Source: an uncultured Mucispirillum sp. (GTDB lineage Bacteria > Chrysiogenota > Deferribacteres > Deferribacterales > Mucispirillaceae). Taken from it: DNA of 64,000 nucleotides. The notes beneath the pieces were generated by a model, which searched no databases, was not told the DNA's origin, and was given only the letters and a program-made list of their open reading frames with translations. Shown piece after piece: positions 53,230 to 62,783 of the stretch. How positions within the stretch are numbered: position 1 is the stretch's first letter; each line of letters starts with the position of its first letter. Made by a program: the position numbers and the translations under genes. The stretch spans positions 33,023 through 97,022 of the forward strand of contig CALUWI010000001.1 in NCBI GenBank assembly GCA_944324465.1, given 5' to 3'.

Positions 53230-53256
53230 CCCCTGTAATCTATTACAGGGGTTTTT
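53230..53256 (+). terminator. Rho-independent terminator after the lipoprotein gene
   Basis: cccctgtaat / attacagggg followed by ttttt. Confidence 0.8.
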
Positions 53257-53308
53257 AGTTTTCTATTTTTAAAGTAACTTAAATATTTTATAGATTTTTT
53301 ATTTGTTA

Positions 53309-53456
53309 AAAAAGATTAAGCCATAAAAGAAGTATAAGGCTTAAAGATTTTTGAGTTAATCAAGGCGGATATTTTTTTGCCGATGCGAGTTTACATAGCT
53401 GGTAAATGAGCAAGGCAAAAAAATACCAACGCCGTATAAATCAAAAAGATTAAGCC
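53309..53456. repeat. REP/MITE-like palindromic element
   Basis: Perfect 12-bp IR tatttttttgcc / ggcaaaaaaata within ggcg..cgcc arms; 14-bp direct repeat aaaaagattaagcc at 53309 and 53443. Confidence 0.6.
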
Positions 53457-53458
53457 GA

Positions 53459-54766
53459 CTATGCTGTAAGAGATTTGCAGCACTCATAGATGATAGAATA
53501 CAACTCCTCAATATTCTCTACATCTACACTTGAAAATGCTATTCTAATATCTGTATGGTTTGTGCTTATTACACCTACACCATATTTATCAAGTAATGCA
53601 AGACGCAGAGTTTCTGCATCAACATTTTTTAATCTGATACACATAAAATAACCTGAATTAAATGGGTATGGAGTAAATTCATCTGCATATAAGCCTTTAT
53701 CAAAGATAGATTTTACTTTTTTGCATCTTTCTTCAATAATTGCATTCAATTTGCTTCTTTCTTCTGTAAAAGACGGTTCTTTTAATACATCTACTGTAAT
53801 AGACTGGCTTGGGTGTGGTGCACTTGATATTGTTGACCTTAAATAGCCTGTTGCTTTTGTTTCAAGTGCTTTAAAAAGTGCTGAGTTATCGCCTTTTATA
53901 GTTTCACCAAATGTAATAAAGCCTACACGGAAACCCCATGCAAAACTTTCTTTTGTAATGCCATCCACTTTAACGGCTAAAAGACGCTCACTTCTGCCTG
54001 CAAGTTTACTGAATAATGATTCTTTTAATACATCATCAAAAAATAAGCCGAAATAAGCATCATCGCTGACAGCTATAATGTTTATGCCGCTTTCTGCTAT
54101 TTCTACTAAGCCGTCGCTTAATTTTACTGCCTCATCTTCTGTTAAGGTATAGCCTGTAGGGTTATTAGGAAAGTTTAGAACTACGAAAACTTTTTTATTT
54201 TTCATACCACATTCTTTTACTGTTTTTAAAAGACCTTCCACATTATAACCGTTATTTACATTAAAAGTTTCATAAGTTGCTATTTCTGCACCTATTAATA
54301 TGCTGAACATTAAACGATAGTTGCCCCAGAATTTATCTGGAAGAACAACAAAATCACCTTTATTTAAAAATAATTCACCTGCTGTTGCAAGACCATTAGT
54401 CAGAGCATTACACACTACAGGATTACTCATTTGAATATTCTGTAAAGATGGATTTTCTGATTTAATTTTTGCTGCCCATAACTCTCTTAATTCTGGAAGC
54501 CCTGCTGCTGGAGCATAAGTGAAAAGATGCTTAGGAAGAATACCTTGAAATCTTTTATACATACTCATCAGGTACATTGGCTCGCCTTTTGCAGTAGAGA
54601 TACCTATTGTAGCATTAAATTTAGTTGCTTTTACTTTCGCTTCTGCACTTTGGCTTAATATACCTTTAGGCATAAACATTTCTTTGCCAACATTGGAAAG
54701 CATTTCTAAAATATGCGGGTTATTGGCTTCAATAACTTCATTTAAGCTTTTTGCTAATGGATTCAT
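53459..54766 (-). CDS. PLP-dependent aminotransferase class I/II
   Basis: LNFPNNPTGY, SDDAYFG, KVDGITKESFAWGFRVG (PLP Lys). Confidence 0.9.
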   Translation of the reverse strand: MNPLAKSLNEVIEANNPHILEMLSNVGKEMFMPKGILSQSAEAKVKATKFNATIGISTAKGEPMYLMSMYKRFQGILPKHLFTYAPAAGLPELRELWAAKIKSENPSLQNIQMSNPVVCNALTNGLATAGELFLNKGDFVVLPDKFWGNYRLMFSILIGAEIATYETFNVNNGYNVEGLLKTVKECGMKNKKVFVVLNFPNNPTGYTLTEDEAVKLSDGLVEIAESGINIIAVSDDAYFGLFFDDVLKESLFSKLAGRSERLLAVKVDGITKESFAWGFRVGFITFGETIKGDNSALFKALETKATGYLRSTISSAPHPSQSITVDVLKEPSFTEERSKLNAIIEERCKKVKSIFDKGLYADEFTPYPFNSGYFMCIRLKNVDAETLRLALLDKYGVGVISTNHTDIRIAFSSVDVENIEELYSIIYECCKSLTA

Positions 54767-54863
54767 ATATCACCTTTATAATTTAGGCAGAACATAACAT
54801 CTGTCTTATTATTTAATTTTTAACAATGAAAAATATAATATAAAATAAATCTTTAATCAATAT

Positions 54864-55787
54864 CTATTTTGATGCAAGAGTTTCTATTTCATTAATAAAA
54901 GCATCTTTATTATTAAATTCTATATCCATTTTCAGATAACCAAAAATATTTTGATATTCCTGCGGCAGTTTTACAAAATCTTTTTCTGTTGTAATAAAAA
55001 GTGCTGCACCTTTTTTTCTACCTTGAGTGATAATACCGTTAATAGATTTTTCTGAAAGCATTTTATGGTCTGCAAAGCCTGCAAAAAATCGTATATCAAG
55101 CCCTGCATTCTGCAGTGTATGATAAAAAGCATCATTATTTGCAACACCAGAATATGCTGCCGTTACTGCACCTTTTAAATATTTCAGCTCTACAACTTCA
55201 TTTTTTAATATTACTCTGTTAAATACTGTATTGCTGAAATATATACTCTGCTTATTAATAAAGCCTTTTACATTTTCTGGTATGTTATTATTTAATGCTC
55301 TTGTAAATACTATAATATCTGCACGGCTTATGCTTGAAGGGAATTCTCTTAAATATCCAAAAGGAAAAGGAAAACCTGTAGATATTGGTCTTTTATGGTC
55401 TAAAAGTAAAATATTTACATCTCTCTGCAGCTTTTTATACTGGTAGCCGTCATCTAAAATAGCAGCTGTTGCACCAAACTTATCTCTTGCAATCTCTAAT
55501 GACTGCTCTCTTTTTTTACCTGTAATCACAACTGCACTTGGCAGATTTTTTGCCATCATATAAGGTTCATCGGCAGCCATTGGCGGATGATGAAAAAAGT
55601 TACCTTTACCGTCACTTATAACATTTACATCATAACCAATCTTACCTTTATAACCTAATGATAATATTGCTGTTTTTTCGCCTTTTTTTATTAATTCCTC
55701 TGCTATCATTAATGTATGTGGAGTTTTGCCTGCACCACCCATTACAATATTGCCAACAGATATAGTTTTTATTCCATGATTTATCAT
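54864..55787 (-). CDS. lpxK: Tetraacyldisaccharide 4'-kinase
   Basis: ISVGNIVMGGAGKTP, ADEP, ILDDGYQ, PFGYLRE, TTEKDFVKL. Confidence 0.95.
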   Translation of the reverse strand: MINHGIKTISVGNIVMGGAGKTPHTLMIAEELIKKGEKTAILSLGYKGKIGYDVNVISDGKGNFFHHPPMAADEPYMMAKNLPSAVVITGKKREQSLEIARDKFGATAAILDDGYQYKKLQRDVNILLLDHKRPISTGFPFPFGYLREFPSSISRADIIVFTRALNNNIPENVKGFINKQSIYFSNTVFNRVILKNEVVELKYLKGAVTAAYSGVANNDAFYHTLQNAGLDIRFFAGFADHKMLSEKSINGIITQGRKKGAALFITTEKDFVKLPQEYQNIFGYLKMDIEFNNKDAFINEIETLASK

Positions 55788-56560
55788 TTATCTAAATCCT
55801 TATTTTTGTTAACTCTTATAATATCCCATAAAAAAGCATATTTTAAAAAGCCATAAACATAAGCACTGACTCCAGCAATAAAGCCTGGTATCCCGTCTAA
55901 AAACCCGCCCTTAATTATATAGATTTTCATAAAAGCTATAAATGGGCTGAAAATCATTTTACTTAACTTAAACTTTTTACCTTTTTTATAATAACTTTCT
56001 GCACTAAGGCGTGCATAACGGATAGTTCTTCTAAAATGGTCGTCAATATCTCTGTATGAATAGTGTATAATATATCCAGCTAAATGGGAAGTACTGCCAT
56101 TCACTTTCAGTTCCTCATGAACTATCTCACCTACCCATAAAGGATTAGCAGATGATTTTACAAGCCTTAGTTTTTCATCCTTCTGCCATGAATAATTCAG
56201 CAGTCTGCCAAGATAATAAGTTTTACGCCTTATGTAACAGCCATCTGATTTGCCGTTCTTTACTTCATCTATTATGGCTTTTTTTAATTCATCACCTACT
56301 ACTTCATCTGCATCAAGATATAAAATATACTCTTTTGTACATTTTTTAGTAAGAGAGTTTTTCTGCTCAACAAAGCCACGCCATTCTTCATTATATACTT
56401 TTGCACCATAGCTTTCAGCAATTGCACATGTATTATCTGTAGAATTGCTGTCTATAACAATAATTTCTGATGCAATATCTTTTATACTTTCTAATGTTTT
56501 TGCAAGCCGTTCTTCCTCATTATAAACTATTAATGCTACAGATAAATTAAGCCCCGCCAT
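55784..56560 (-). CDS. GT2 glycosyltransferase (LPS core, KdtX/WaaE-like)
   Basis: IVYNEE, VIDSNSTDNT, YLDADE, VHEEL, GFLDGIPG. Confidence 0.88.
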   Translation of the reverse strand: MAGLNLSVALIVYNEEERLAKTLESIKDIASEIIVIDSNSTDNTCAIAESYGAKVYNEEWRGFVEQKNSLTKKCTKEYILYLDADEVVGDELKKAIIDEVKNGKSDGCYIRRKTYYLGRLLNYSWQKDEKLRLVKSSANPLWVGEIVHEELKVNGSTSHLAGYIIHYSYRDIDDHFRRTIRYARLSAESYYKKGKKFKLSKMIFSPFIAFMKIYIIKGGFLDGIPGFIAGVSAYVYGFLKYAFLWDIIRVNKNKDLDK

Positions 56561-57593
56561 AAAGTTTCTCCAAGGCTTTTTCTGCTGCTTGACTTATTAC
56601 ATCATCAGTAATATTTGAAAATACTTTTGATTTATAATCCTTTTCTACATTATTAATATCAGGCACTATGTATGTTGTGTTTGCATCGTTGCCGTAAAGT
56701 CCCCAGCGGGTATAGGATAAAAATTTATATGCAGGATAAATACATACACATTTTTTACCCAGATTACCTGCAATATGGCTTGGTCCTGTGCTTGCTCCAA
56801 TATAAAGCCTGCATTTATCAATTAATGCTGCCAGCTCTAAAATAGATTTTGCAGTATATACATAAGTATTACTGCAGTGCTGAACAATATATTCTGCATC
56901 CTTTACATCACTTTCTGATGAAGATATAACTACCTGTTTATCAGGCCATTGTTCATGAATTTTATTAATAAGCTTAATATATTCATCTAACTTAAAATTT
57001 TTAGTAGAACCGCCAGAAAATGGGTGCACTACTACATAATTATAAATATTATTTGCATTTAAAAAAGCAACTATTTTATTATGGTTCAGTTTGCCGTAAG
57101 GTATTGGCTCAATAGTTATTTTCTGACCTGCAAAAAGTTCTTTATCCATGTGCCTTACTAAATCAAGATTATATTCAGCTTCATTTTTTACGGATTCTGA
57201 GCGGTGCTGCCTTATACCTTTATTATAAACAAACCAGGAAAGTGGCTTTGATAATGGACCTATCCTGTATTTTGCTCCACTTTTTAATGCCAGTTTTAAT
57301 ATCTGGCTGTTAGAATAAAGAGCAATAAAAACATCTGCATGTATCTGTTTTATTTTTGCAGTCAACTGTTCTTCGCTGTAATCATCAATAGATATTACTC
57401 CATCAATAAATGGAAACCCTTTTACTATTTCTGCATTATATCTTCTTACAAGCACATAAAGTTTGCTTTCAGGATACATTTTTTTAACCATAGATATAGC
57501 AGGAATAGAAAGAACTAAATCTCCTATTTTATCAGTTCTTGCAATAATAATATTTTTTGGTGCTTTTATTTTTCTGTGGAAGACACTAAACAT
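56547..57593 (-). CDS. GT9 family (heptosyltransferase-like) LPS glycosyltransferase
   Basis: RTDKIGDLVLSIP, VVHPFSGG, YIGASTGPSHIA. Confidence 0.9.
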   Translation of the reverse strand: MFSVFHRKIKAPKNIIIARTDKIGDLVLSIPAISMVKKMYPESKLYVLVRRYNAEIVKGFPFIDGVISIDDYSEEQLTAKIKQIHADVFIALYSNSQILKLALKSGAKYRIGPLSKPLSWFVYNKGIRQHRSESVKNEAEYNLDLVRHMDKELFAGQKITIEPIPYGKLNHNKIVAFLNANNIYNYVVVHPFSGGSTKNFKLDEYIKLINKIHEQWPDKQVVISSSESDVKDAEYIVQHCSNTYVYTAKSILELAALIDKCRLYIGASTGPSHIAGNLGKKCVCIYPAYKFLSYTRWGLYGNDANTTYIVPDINNVEKDYKSKVFSNITDDVISQAAEKALEKLYGGA

Positions 57594-57602
57594 TATATGC
57601 CC

Positions 57603-59354
57603 TTATTCTTCTGTTTTAAACTGCATTTCATATAGTTTTTTATATGTAGGGGAAGTTTTAATTATTTCTTCATGTTTGCCTATTGCTTCCACTCCGCCCT
57701 TATTAAATACTACAATCATATCAGCATTTAAAATAGTGCTTAATCTGTGAGCCACAACAAAAGAAGTTCTACCTTTCATTAAGTTATCAAGAGCTTTCTG
57801 CACAACCCGCTCACTTTCTGTATCAAGAGCACTTGTAGCTTCATCAAGTATTAATATTGCAGGATTTTTAAGCAGTGCTCTTGCTATAGTAATACGCTGT
57901 TTCTGACCACCAGAAAGTTTTACTCCCCGCTCACCACATAATGTATCATATTTTTCTGGGAAATTTTCTATAAATTCATCAGCATAGGCAGCCTTTGCTG
58001 CAGCTTTTATTTCTTCTTCTGTTGCACTTTCCCTGCTGTAGCTTATATTATTTCCTATTGTATCATTAAACAAAAAAGCATCCTGAGAAACTATGCTTAT
58101 ATTATGACGGAGAGAGAATAAATCATAATCTCTTATATCCACATTATCAATTAAAATCTGCCCTTCTGTTACATCATAAAACCTAGGTATTAAATGAGCC
58201 ATAGTAGTTTTGCCTGCACCAGATGGACCTACAAAAGCTACTGTTGAGCCTGCACGCACTTTAAATGATACATTTCTTAATGCATATATATCATCTTTAT
58301 ATATAAATGAAACATTCTTAAATTCTATATTTTTATTTTCTGCATCACACTGTTTTGTGCCTTTATTTTCAATAACTTCATCGCTTTCTTTAAACATTGC
58401 AAATACTCTGTCGCTTGCAGCAATTGCAGCCTGCAGAGCATTATTTGATGAAGCAAAAAGTTTTACTGGCTCATAGATTTGAATAAGGGCAGCTAAAAAT
58501 GCAAAAAATTCACCTGTTGTAACAGTGCCGTTTATAACCTGATAACCGCCTATAAAAAGTACGGCAGCAATACCAACAGAACCTAAAGCTTCTGTTAACG
58601 GAGAAGCAAGGTTGCCAGCTAAAACACTTTTATTTGCATATTTTATAGTTTGAGCATTTGCTTTTTCAAACCTTTCCATTTCTTTATCTTCTGCAACAAA
58701 GGCTTTTACTACACGCACACCGCTGAAAGATTCCTGAAGTACACTTGTAAGTATTCCCATACTTTCCTGACCTCGTGTGCTGTATTTTCTTAATTTTTTA
58801 CTAATTATGCTAAGGGGATATATAAATATTGGATATAAAATAATAGCAACAAGAGCAAGCTGCCAATTCATATATATAATAACACCAATAAGCCCTATCA
58901 TTGTTACAACAGCACGCAGCATATTTATAATAGTAGGAATAGATGACTGCACTAAATTAATATCGTTTGTAACACGGCTCATTAATGCACCAGTTGATTC
59001 TTCTGCATAATATTTTACAGGCAGATGTATCATTTTTTCAAAGGTTTCATTTCTTAATTTTTCAATAACCTTGTTACCTATAAAACTCATTAAAAAGCCC
59101 TGTAAAAATAAAAAGCCGCTTTTTGCCACATATATAAGCATAACTGCAAAAGGCAGCACAAAAAGATATGTATAGTTTTTAGCAATAAAAATGCTGTCTA
59201 ATACATATTTTACAGCAACAGCAAGTGCACCATTAGTAGATGCAGTAATAAGAGATGCTGCAACAGCAATTACAAGAAGAACTTTATATGGCTCAAAATA
59301 CGGCCACATTAACTTAAATACCCGTTTTATAGCAATACCCTCATAAATCAGCAA
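57603..59354 (-). CDS. msbA: Lipid A-core flippase ABC transporter
   Basis: TM domain plus NBD (GPSGAGKT, LSGGQKQR, LDEATSALD); next to lpxK/LPS genes. Confidence 0.88.
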   Translation of the reverse strand: MLIYEGIAIKRVFKLMWPYFEPYKVLLVIAVAASLITASTNGALAVAVKYVLDSIFIAKNYTYLFVLPFAVMLIYVAKSGFLFLQGFLMSFIGNKVIEKLRNETFEKMIHLPVKYYAEESTGALMSRVTNDINLVQSSIPTIINMLRAVVTMIGLIGVIIYMNWQLALVAIILYPIFIYPLSIISKKLRKYSTRGQESMGILTSVLQESFSGVRVVKAFVAEDKEMERFEKANAQTIKYANKSVLAGNLASPLTEALGSVGIAAVLFIGGYQVINGTVTTGEFFAFLAALIQIYEPVKLFASSNNALQAAIAASDRVFAMFKESDEVIENKGTKQCDAENKNIEFKNVSFIYKDDIYALRNVSFKVRAGSTVAFVGPSGAGKTTMAHLIPRFYDVTEGQILIDNVDIRDYDLFSLRHNISIVSQDAFLFNDTIGNNISYSRESATEEEIKAAAKAAYADEFIENFPEKYDTLCGERGVKLSGGQKQRITIARALLKNPAILILDEATSALDTESERVVQKALDNLMKGRTSFVVAHRLSTILNADMIVVFNKGGVEAIGKHEEIIKTSPTYKKLYEMQFKTEE

Positions 59355-59420
59355 ATATATTATGCTGAAAAAGTAATCTAAATCAAATTAAGCTGCATAA
59401 TGCAGTAATAGTAAAAAAAT

Positions 59421-59747
59421 TTATTTTTCATGGCAGTTTAAACATGTATTCAAAGATGCATGGTTACCATCTTTTGGCCATTCAGCATGACACTGAAAAC
59501 ATCTATCACCGCAGCCGCCCTGTGATAAAGAAAACTGTTTATTTTCTACAGGCTTATGACATTTTATACATGTTGTTAAAGATAAATGGTTAATATCACC
59601 AATTAATTTTGGGTGGCATGTCATACAGTCGCCTGCACATCCTGATACTGCATTCTGATAATAACCAGATACAAGTATAATTAAGGCAGCAGAGAGCATG
59701 ATAAAGATTCCAGCACTAAACTTCCTTTTTGTGTTGTTTTCAGCCAT
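59421..59747 (-). CDS. Small tetraheme c-type cytochrome
   Basis: N-terminal hydrophobic signal; four CxxCH (CMTCH, CIKCH, CFQCH, CLNCH); aagga RBS inside the hemW 3' end. Confidence 0.85.
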   Translation of the reverse strand: MAENNTKRKFSAGIFIMLSAALIILVSGYYQNAVSGCAGDCMTCHPKLIGDINHLSLTTCIKCHKPVENKQFSLSQGGCGDRCFQCHAEWPKDGNHASLNTCLNCHEK

Positions 59748-60766
59748 ATACCATCCTTTTCAAGTAGTCCATAATTAATGTTTGTTTCTATTTTATTTAG
59801 CAAACTTTTATTAATTTTGCCAAACTTTTTTTCAAGATTATATAAATTTATACCCTTTTTCATACGAAGACCAAAAATAATATCTTCTAATAATGCATCT
59901 TGTGCAGATATTATTTCCTGATTACAGGTATTATATGGATTTTTTATATATTCTTCAATACTTGTCCCATGATTATACCTTTTTCTTTTATTTTCTTCAA
60001 GTAAAACCATAGAATGAGCAGCAGAGCCTATACCCACATATTCTTCCCCCTGCCAGTAAAGGCAGTTATGCCTGCTGTGCATATCAGGAAGTGAAAAATT
60101 AGATGTTTCATATTTATAATATCCATTTTCAAGGCATATATTTTCTACTTCTTCAAAAAAAGTTTCATCTTCATCTACCCCGTCTTTTAAGTACCCAGTA
60201 TCTGCACAGTCATAAGAATAGGCAGATATATGGTGAGGGTGTATTGAAATAATTTTATGTAAAGTTGATATGCTTTTTTTACTGTCAGTATATGGAATAT
60301 CATAAATCATATCCATATTAAGCTGCTTTCCTGCTGCTAATATATTTTCTGCTGCATTCAACGCCTTTGCAGCATTATGAATACGGCCTAACAGCTTTAA
60401 AACATCATCATCAAAGCTCTGCACACCAAGAGATACTCTTGATATTGGGCTTGATTTTATCAGTGATATAAAATTATTATCAGTGCTTTCTGGATTTGCT
60501 TCAATTGTCCATTCCACACCTTTATAATTAATTAATTTTATGATATTATCAACCAATCTCCCTAAAAGCCTGTAATCAAGGGAAGATGGAGTGCCACCGC
60601 CAATATATACAGTATCAAACTGCTTATTTTCAAGTGTTGAGATTTCTGTAATTAATGTATCAACATACTTTTCTTTTATGCTTTCATCTGTATTTTTTTC
60701 AGAATAAAAATTACAGTATGGGCATAGACTGTTACAGAATGGAATATGTATATATAAGCCGCGCAT
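59681..60766 (-). CDS. hemW: Radical SAM heme chaperone HemW (HemN-like)
   Basis: LYIHIPFCNSLCPYCNF, YIGGGTPS, EANP, RVSLGVQSF, YETSNF, HNCLYW. Confidence 0.88.
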   Translation of the reverse strand: MRGLYIHIPFCNSLCPYCNFYSEKNTDESIKEKYVDTLITEISTLENKQFDTVYIGGGTPSSLDYRLLGRLVDNIIKLINYKGVEWTIEANPESTDNNFISLIKSSPISRVSLGVQSFDDDVLKLLGRIHNAAKALNAAENILAAGKQLNMDMIYDIPYTDSKKSISTLHKIISIHPHHISAYSYDCADTGYLKDGVDEDETFFEEVENICLENGYYKYETSNFSLPDMHSRHNCLYWQGEEYVGIGSAAHSMVLLEENKRKRYNHGTSIEEYIKNPYNTCNQEIISAQDALLEDIIFGLRMKKGINLYNLEKKFGKINKSLLNKIETNINYGLLEKDGIWLKTTQKGSLVLESLSCSLLP

Positions 60767-61302
60767 TACAGATTAGTTTTATAAAGAGAGTAAGCAGCAA
60801 TTGATAAACTTTGAGAAAATTCGCCAGATTTAAGCATTTCTCTAAGTTTAGCTTCTGTTACTGTTAGTGCTTCAGTATCTTCAAATAAATCAAGCTGCTG
60901 CACCCCGTCAAATGTACAGTCAAGAGCTGCAAAAACATTGCATTTATTAGTCATAAATGCAGGGTTTGGGTCCATAACACCAAGTGGTATAATTTTAGAA
61001 GATACTGCACCTGTTTCTTCCTGCAGTTCTCTTGCTGCTGCCTGCATAACATCTTCATTTTTATTAATACTGCCGCCGGGAAATTCTAAAGTATCAGAGT
61101 TTGTGCCTGCCCTGAACTGACGGACAAGTATAAACTCGCCCTCTTTTGTAACAGGCACAATTATTGCCCAGCTGCTCATATCCTGCACAGTAAATACCAT
61201 AGATTTATCAGCCACTTTATAATAATATTCTAAATGTCTGATAGAAAGAATAGTATCATTATATGCTTTTTCTTCTTTAATAAACTGCCAGTTCTTTTTC
61301 AT
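60766..61302 (-). CDS. NUDIX hydrolase (ADP-ribose pyrophosphatase-like)
   Basis: LVRQFRAG, LEFPGGSINKNEDVMQAAARELQEETG Nudix box. Confidence 0.92.
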   Translation of the reverse strand: MKKNWQFIKEEKAYNDTILSIRHLEYYYKVADKSMVFTVQDMSSWAIIVPVTKEGEFILVRQFRAGTNSDTLEFPGGSINKNEDVMQAAARELQEETGAVSSKIIPLGVMDPNPAFMTNKCNVFAALDCTFDGVQQLDLFEDTEALTVTEAKLREMLKSGEFSQSLSIAAYSLYKTNL

Positions 61303-61334
61303 AATATCAGCTTTACTTTTTTATAAATAAATTA

Positions 61335-61640
61335 TTATAAAATAATATTTCCGTTATTTGTGCCAGAAATAAGTTTAATATTAGAAGTTGCTTCAGTATA
61401 TTTATTTTGTAAATCTTCAGGCACTTTTTCTATTTCATATATTATTTTATCCTGAGCAATAAATCCTGTAAATTCGTTTTCAAAAGGAAATCCAAAAGGT
61501 ATTAATGCAACAGACATACCGCCGTTTTCTGCAGGTACAAATTGTAATGAACCTACATTTTTAATTCCTTTTTTTTCTTCATCATTAACGCCTATTACAA
61601 AATCACCGCTAACTAATTTGCCTAATCTAATTTCAGCCAT
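61335..61640 (-). CDS. Conserved hypothetical protein (small beta-barrel/Sm-like, unverified)
   Basis: ggag RBS; EIRLGKLVSGDFVIG...LIPFGFPFE...KYTEATSNI; in operon. Confidence 0.7.
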   Translation of the reverse strand: MAEIRLGKLVSGDFVIGVNDEEKKGIKNVGSLQFVPAENGGMSVALIPFGFPFENEFTGFIAQDKIIYEIEKVPEDLQNKYTEATSNIKLISGTNNGNIIL

Positions 61641-61656
61641 TTTTTACTCCTTAAAA

Positions 61657-62781
61657 TTAATGGAAACAGTGCTGAGCTGATAGGAATTTATTAAGTATTG
61701 ATTTACCTTCTTCTGTCAGCTGCACTTTATCCTGAACTATTTCTATTTTATTTTCTGCTTTTAATTTATTCATAATATAAGATACTTTCATTAACTTCCA
61801 TTTTAAAGAAGATGAAAGTTCCTCATTAATATGTTTTTCTCTACAGTCTATAATTTCTGAATTTAATATATCCATAATAATATATTCTTCAAGTCTTTTT
61901 TGTGTAGTAAGATTATCAAAATGTTTTTTCAAAAGCCCTTCTTCTGGAGAAAATAATACAGATACAATAAATAAAATACCTATAAATGATACAATTGTAC
62001 CAGAAATAGATACTTCATTAGGCCAGGCTATTCCAAAGCCTGCAAGGCAGGCAATAGATGATATAAATACAGAAACAAATGCTAATGTAGAAAGCCGCTT
62101 TGTATAAAAAAGAGCTGTTGCAGCAGGCCCTAAAATAAAAGCAGAAGTCATAAATATACCAGCTGTCTGAAATGATACAGATACACTTAATGATGTCATA
62201 ATTAAAAGAAGATAGTCAATAGTGCTTTCCTTCATTTCAATAGAAGCAGCATAGCTTTTATCAACACCATCTATTTTAAATTCCTTATAAAATATCATAA
62301 TTATTACAATATTAATAATTAAAACAAGAGAAATCGCATAAAGAGCATAAGAGCCTATATCCACACCAAAAACTCTTAACCTGTTAAAGTATGTAAAAGC
62401 AGTTTCTCCAAGATATATTATTGATAAATCAAAGTTTGTTGCATTATTAAAAGAAAAATTTGACGCAATCAGAATACCAAAGCATAAAAAAGCTGATGAT
62501 ATAATAATTGATAAACCTTTTGCCCTGAAAGATGTAAAATCTTTTAATTTTTTAATCAAAATCATGGCAAGCCCTGCAGTAAATGAGCCTAAAATAATCA
62601 CAAGGGGCGAAGAAAGATATGATGAAAAAATTAATGCAACAGCAATACCAAGCATAGCAGAACGGTTTGTTGTATCTGCTGCATAGTAATTTTTACGCAT
62701 TACTAAAAAAGCTCCTGGTATAGAGCATGTTATGGCAGAAAGTATAATAACTATAACTATTTCAAACTCTATAGAAAACAT
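61657..62781 (-). CDS. Mn/Zn-type ABC transporter permease with C-terminal winged-helix (DtxR-like) domain
   Basis: ABC-3 TM pattern, GPAATALFYTKRL; C-terminal ..KLKAENKIEIVQDKVQLTEEG. Confidence 0.82.
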   Translation of the reverse strand: MFSIEFEIVIVIILSAITCSIPGAFLVMRKNYYAADTTNRSAMLGIAVALIFSSYLSSPLVIILGSFTAGLAMILIKKLKDFTSFRAKGLSIIISSAFLCFGILIASNFSFNNATNFDLSIIYLGETAFTYFNRLRVFGVDIGSYALYAISLVLIINIVIIMIFYKEFKIDGVDKSYAASIEMKESTIDYLLLIMTSLSVSVSFQTAGIFMTSAFILGPAATALFYTKRLSTLAFVSVFISSIACLAGFGIAWPNEVSISGTIVSFIGILFIVSVLFSPEEGLLKKHFDNLTTQKRLEEYIIMDILNSEIIDCREKHINEELSSSLKWKLMKVSYIMNKLKAENKIEIVQDKVQLTEEGKSILNKFLSAQHCFH

Positions 62782-62783
62782 AA

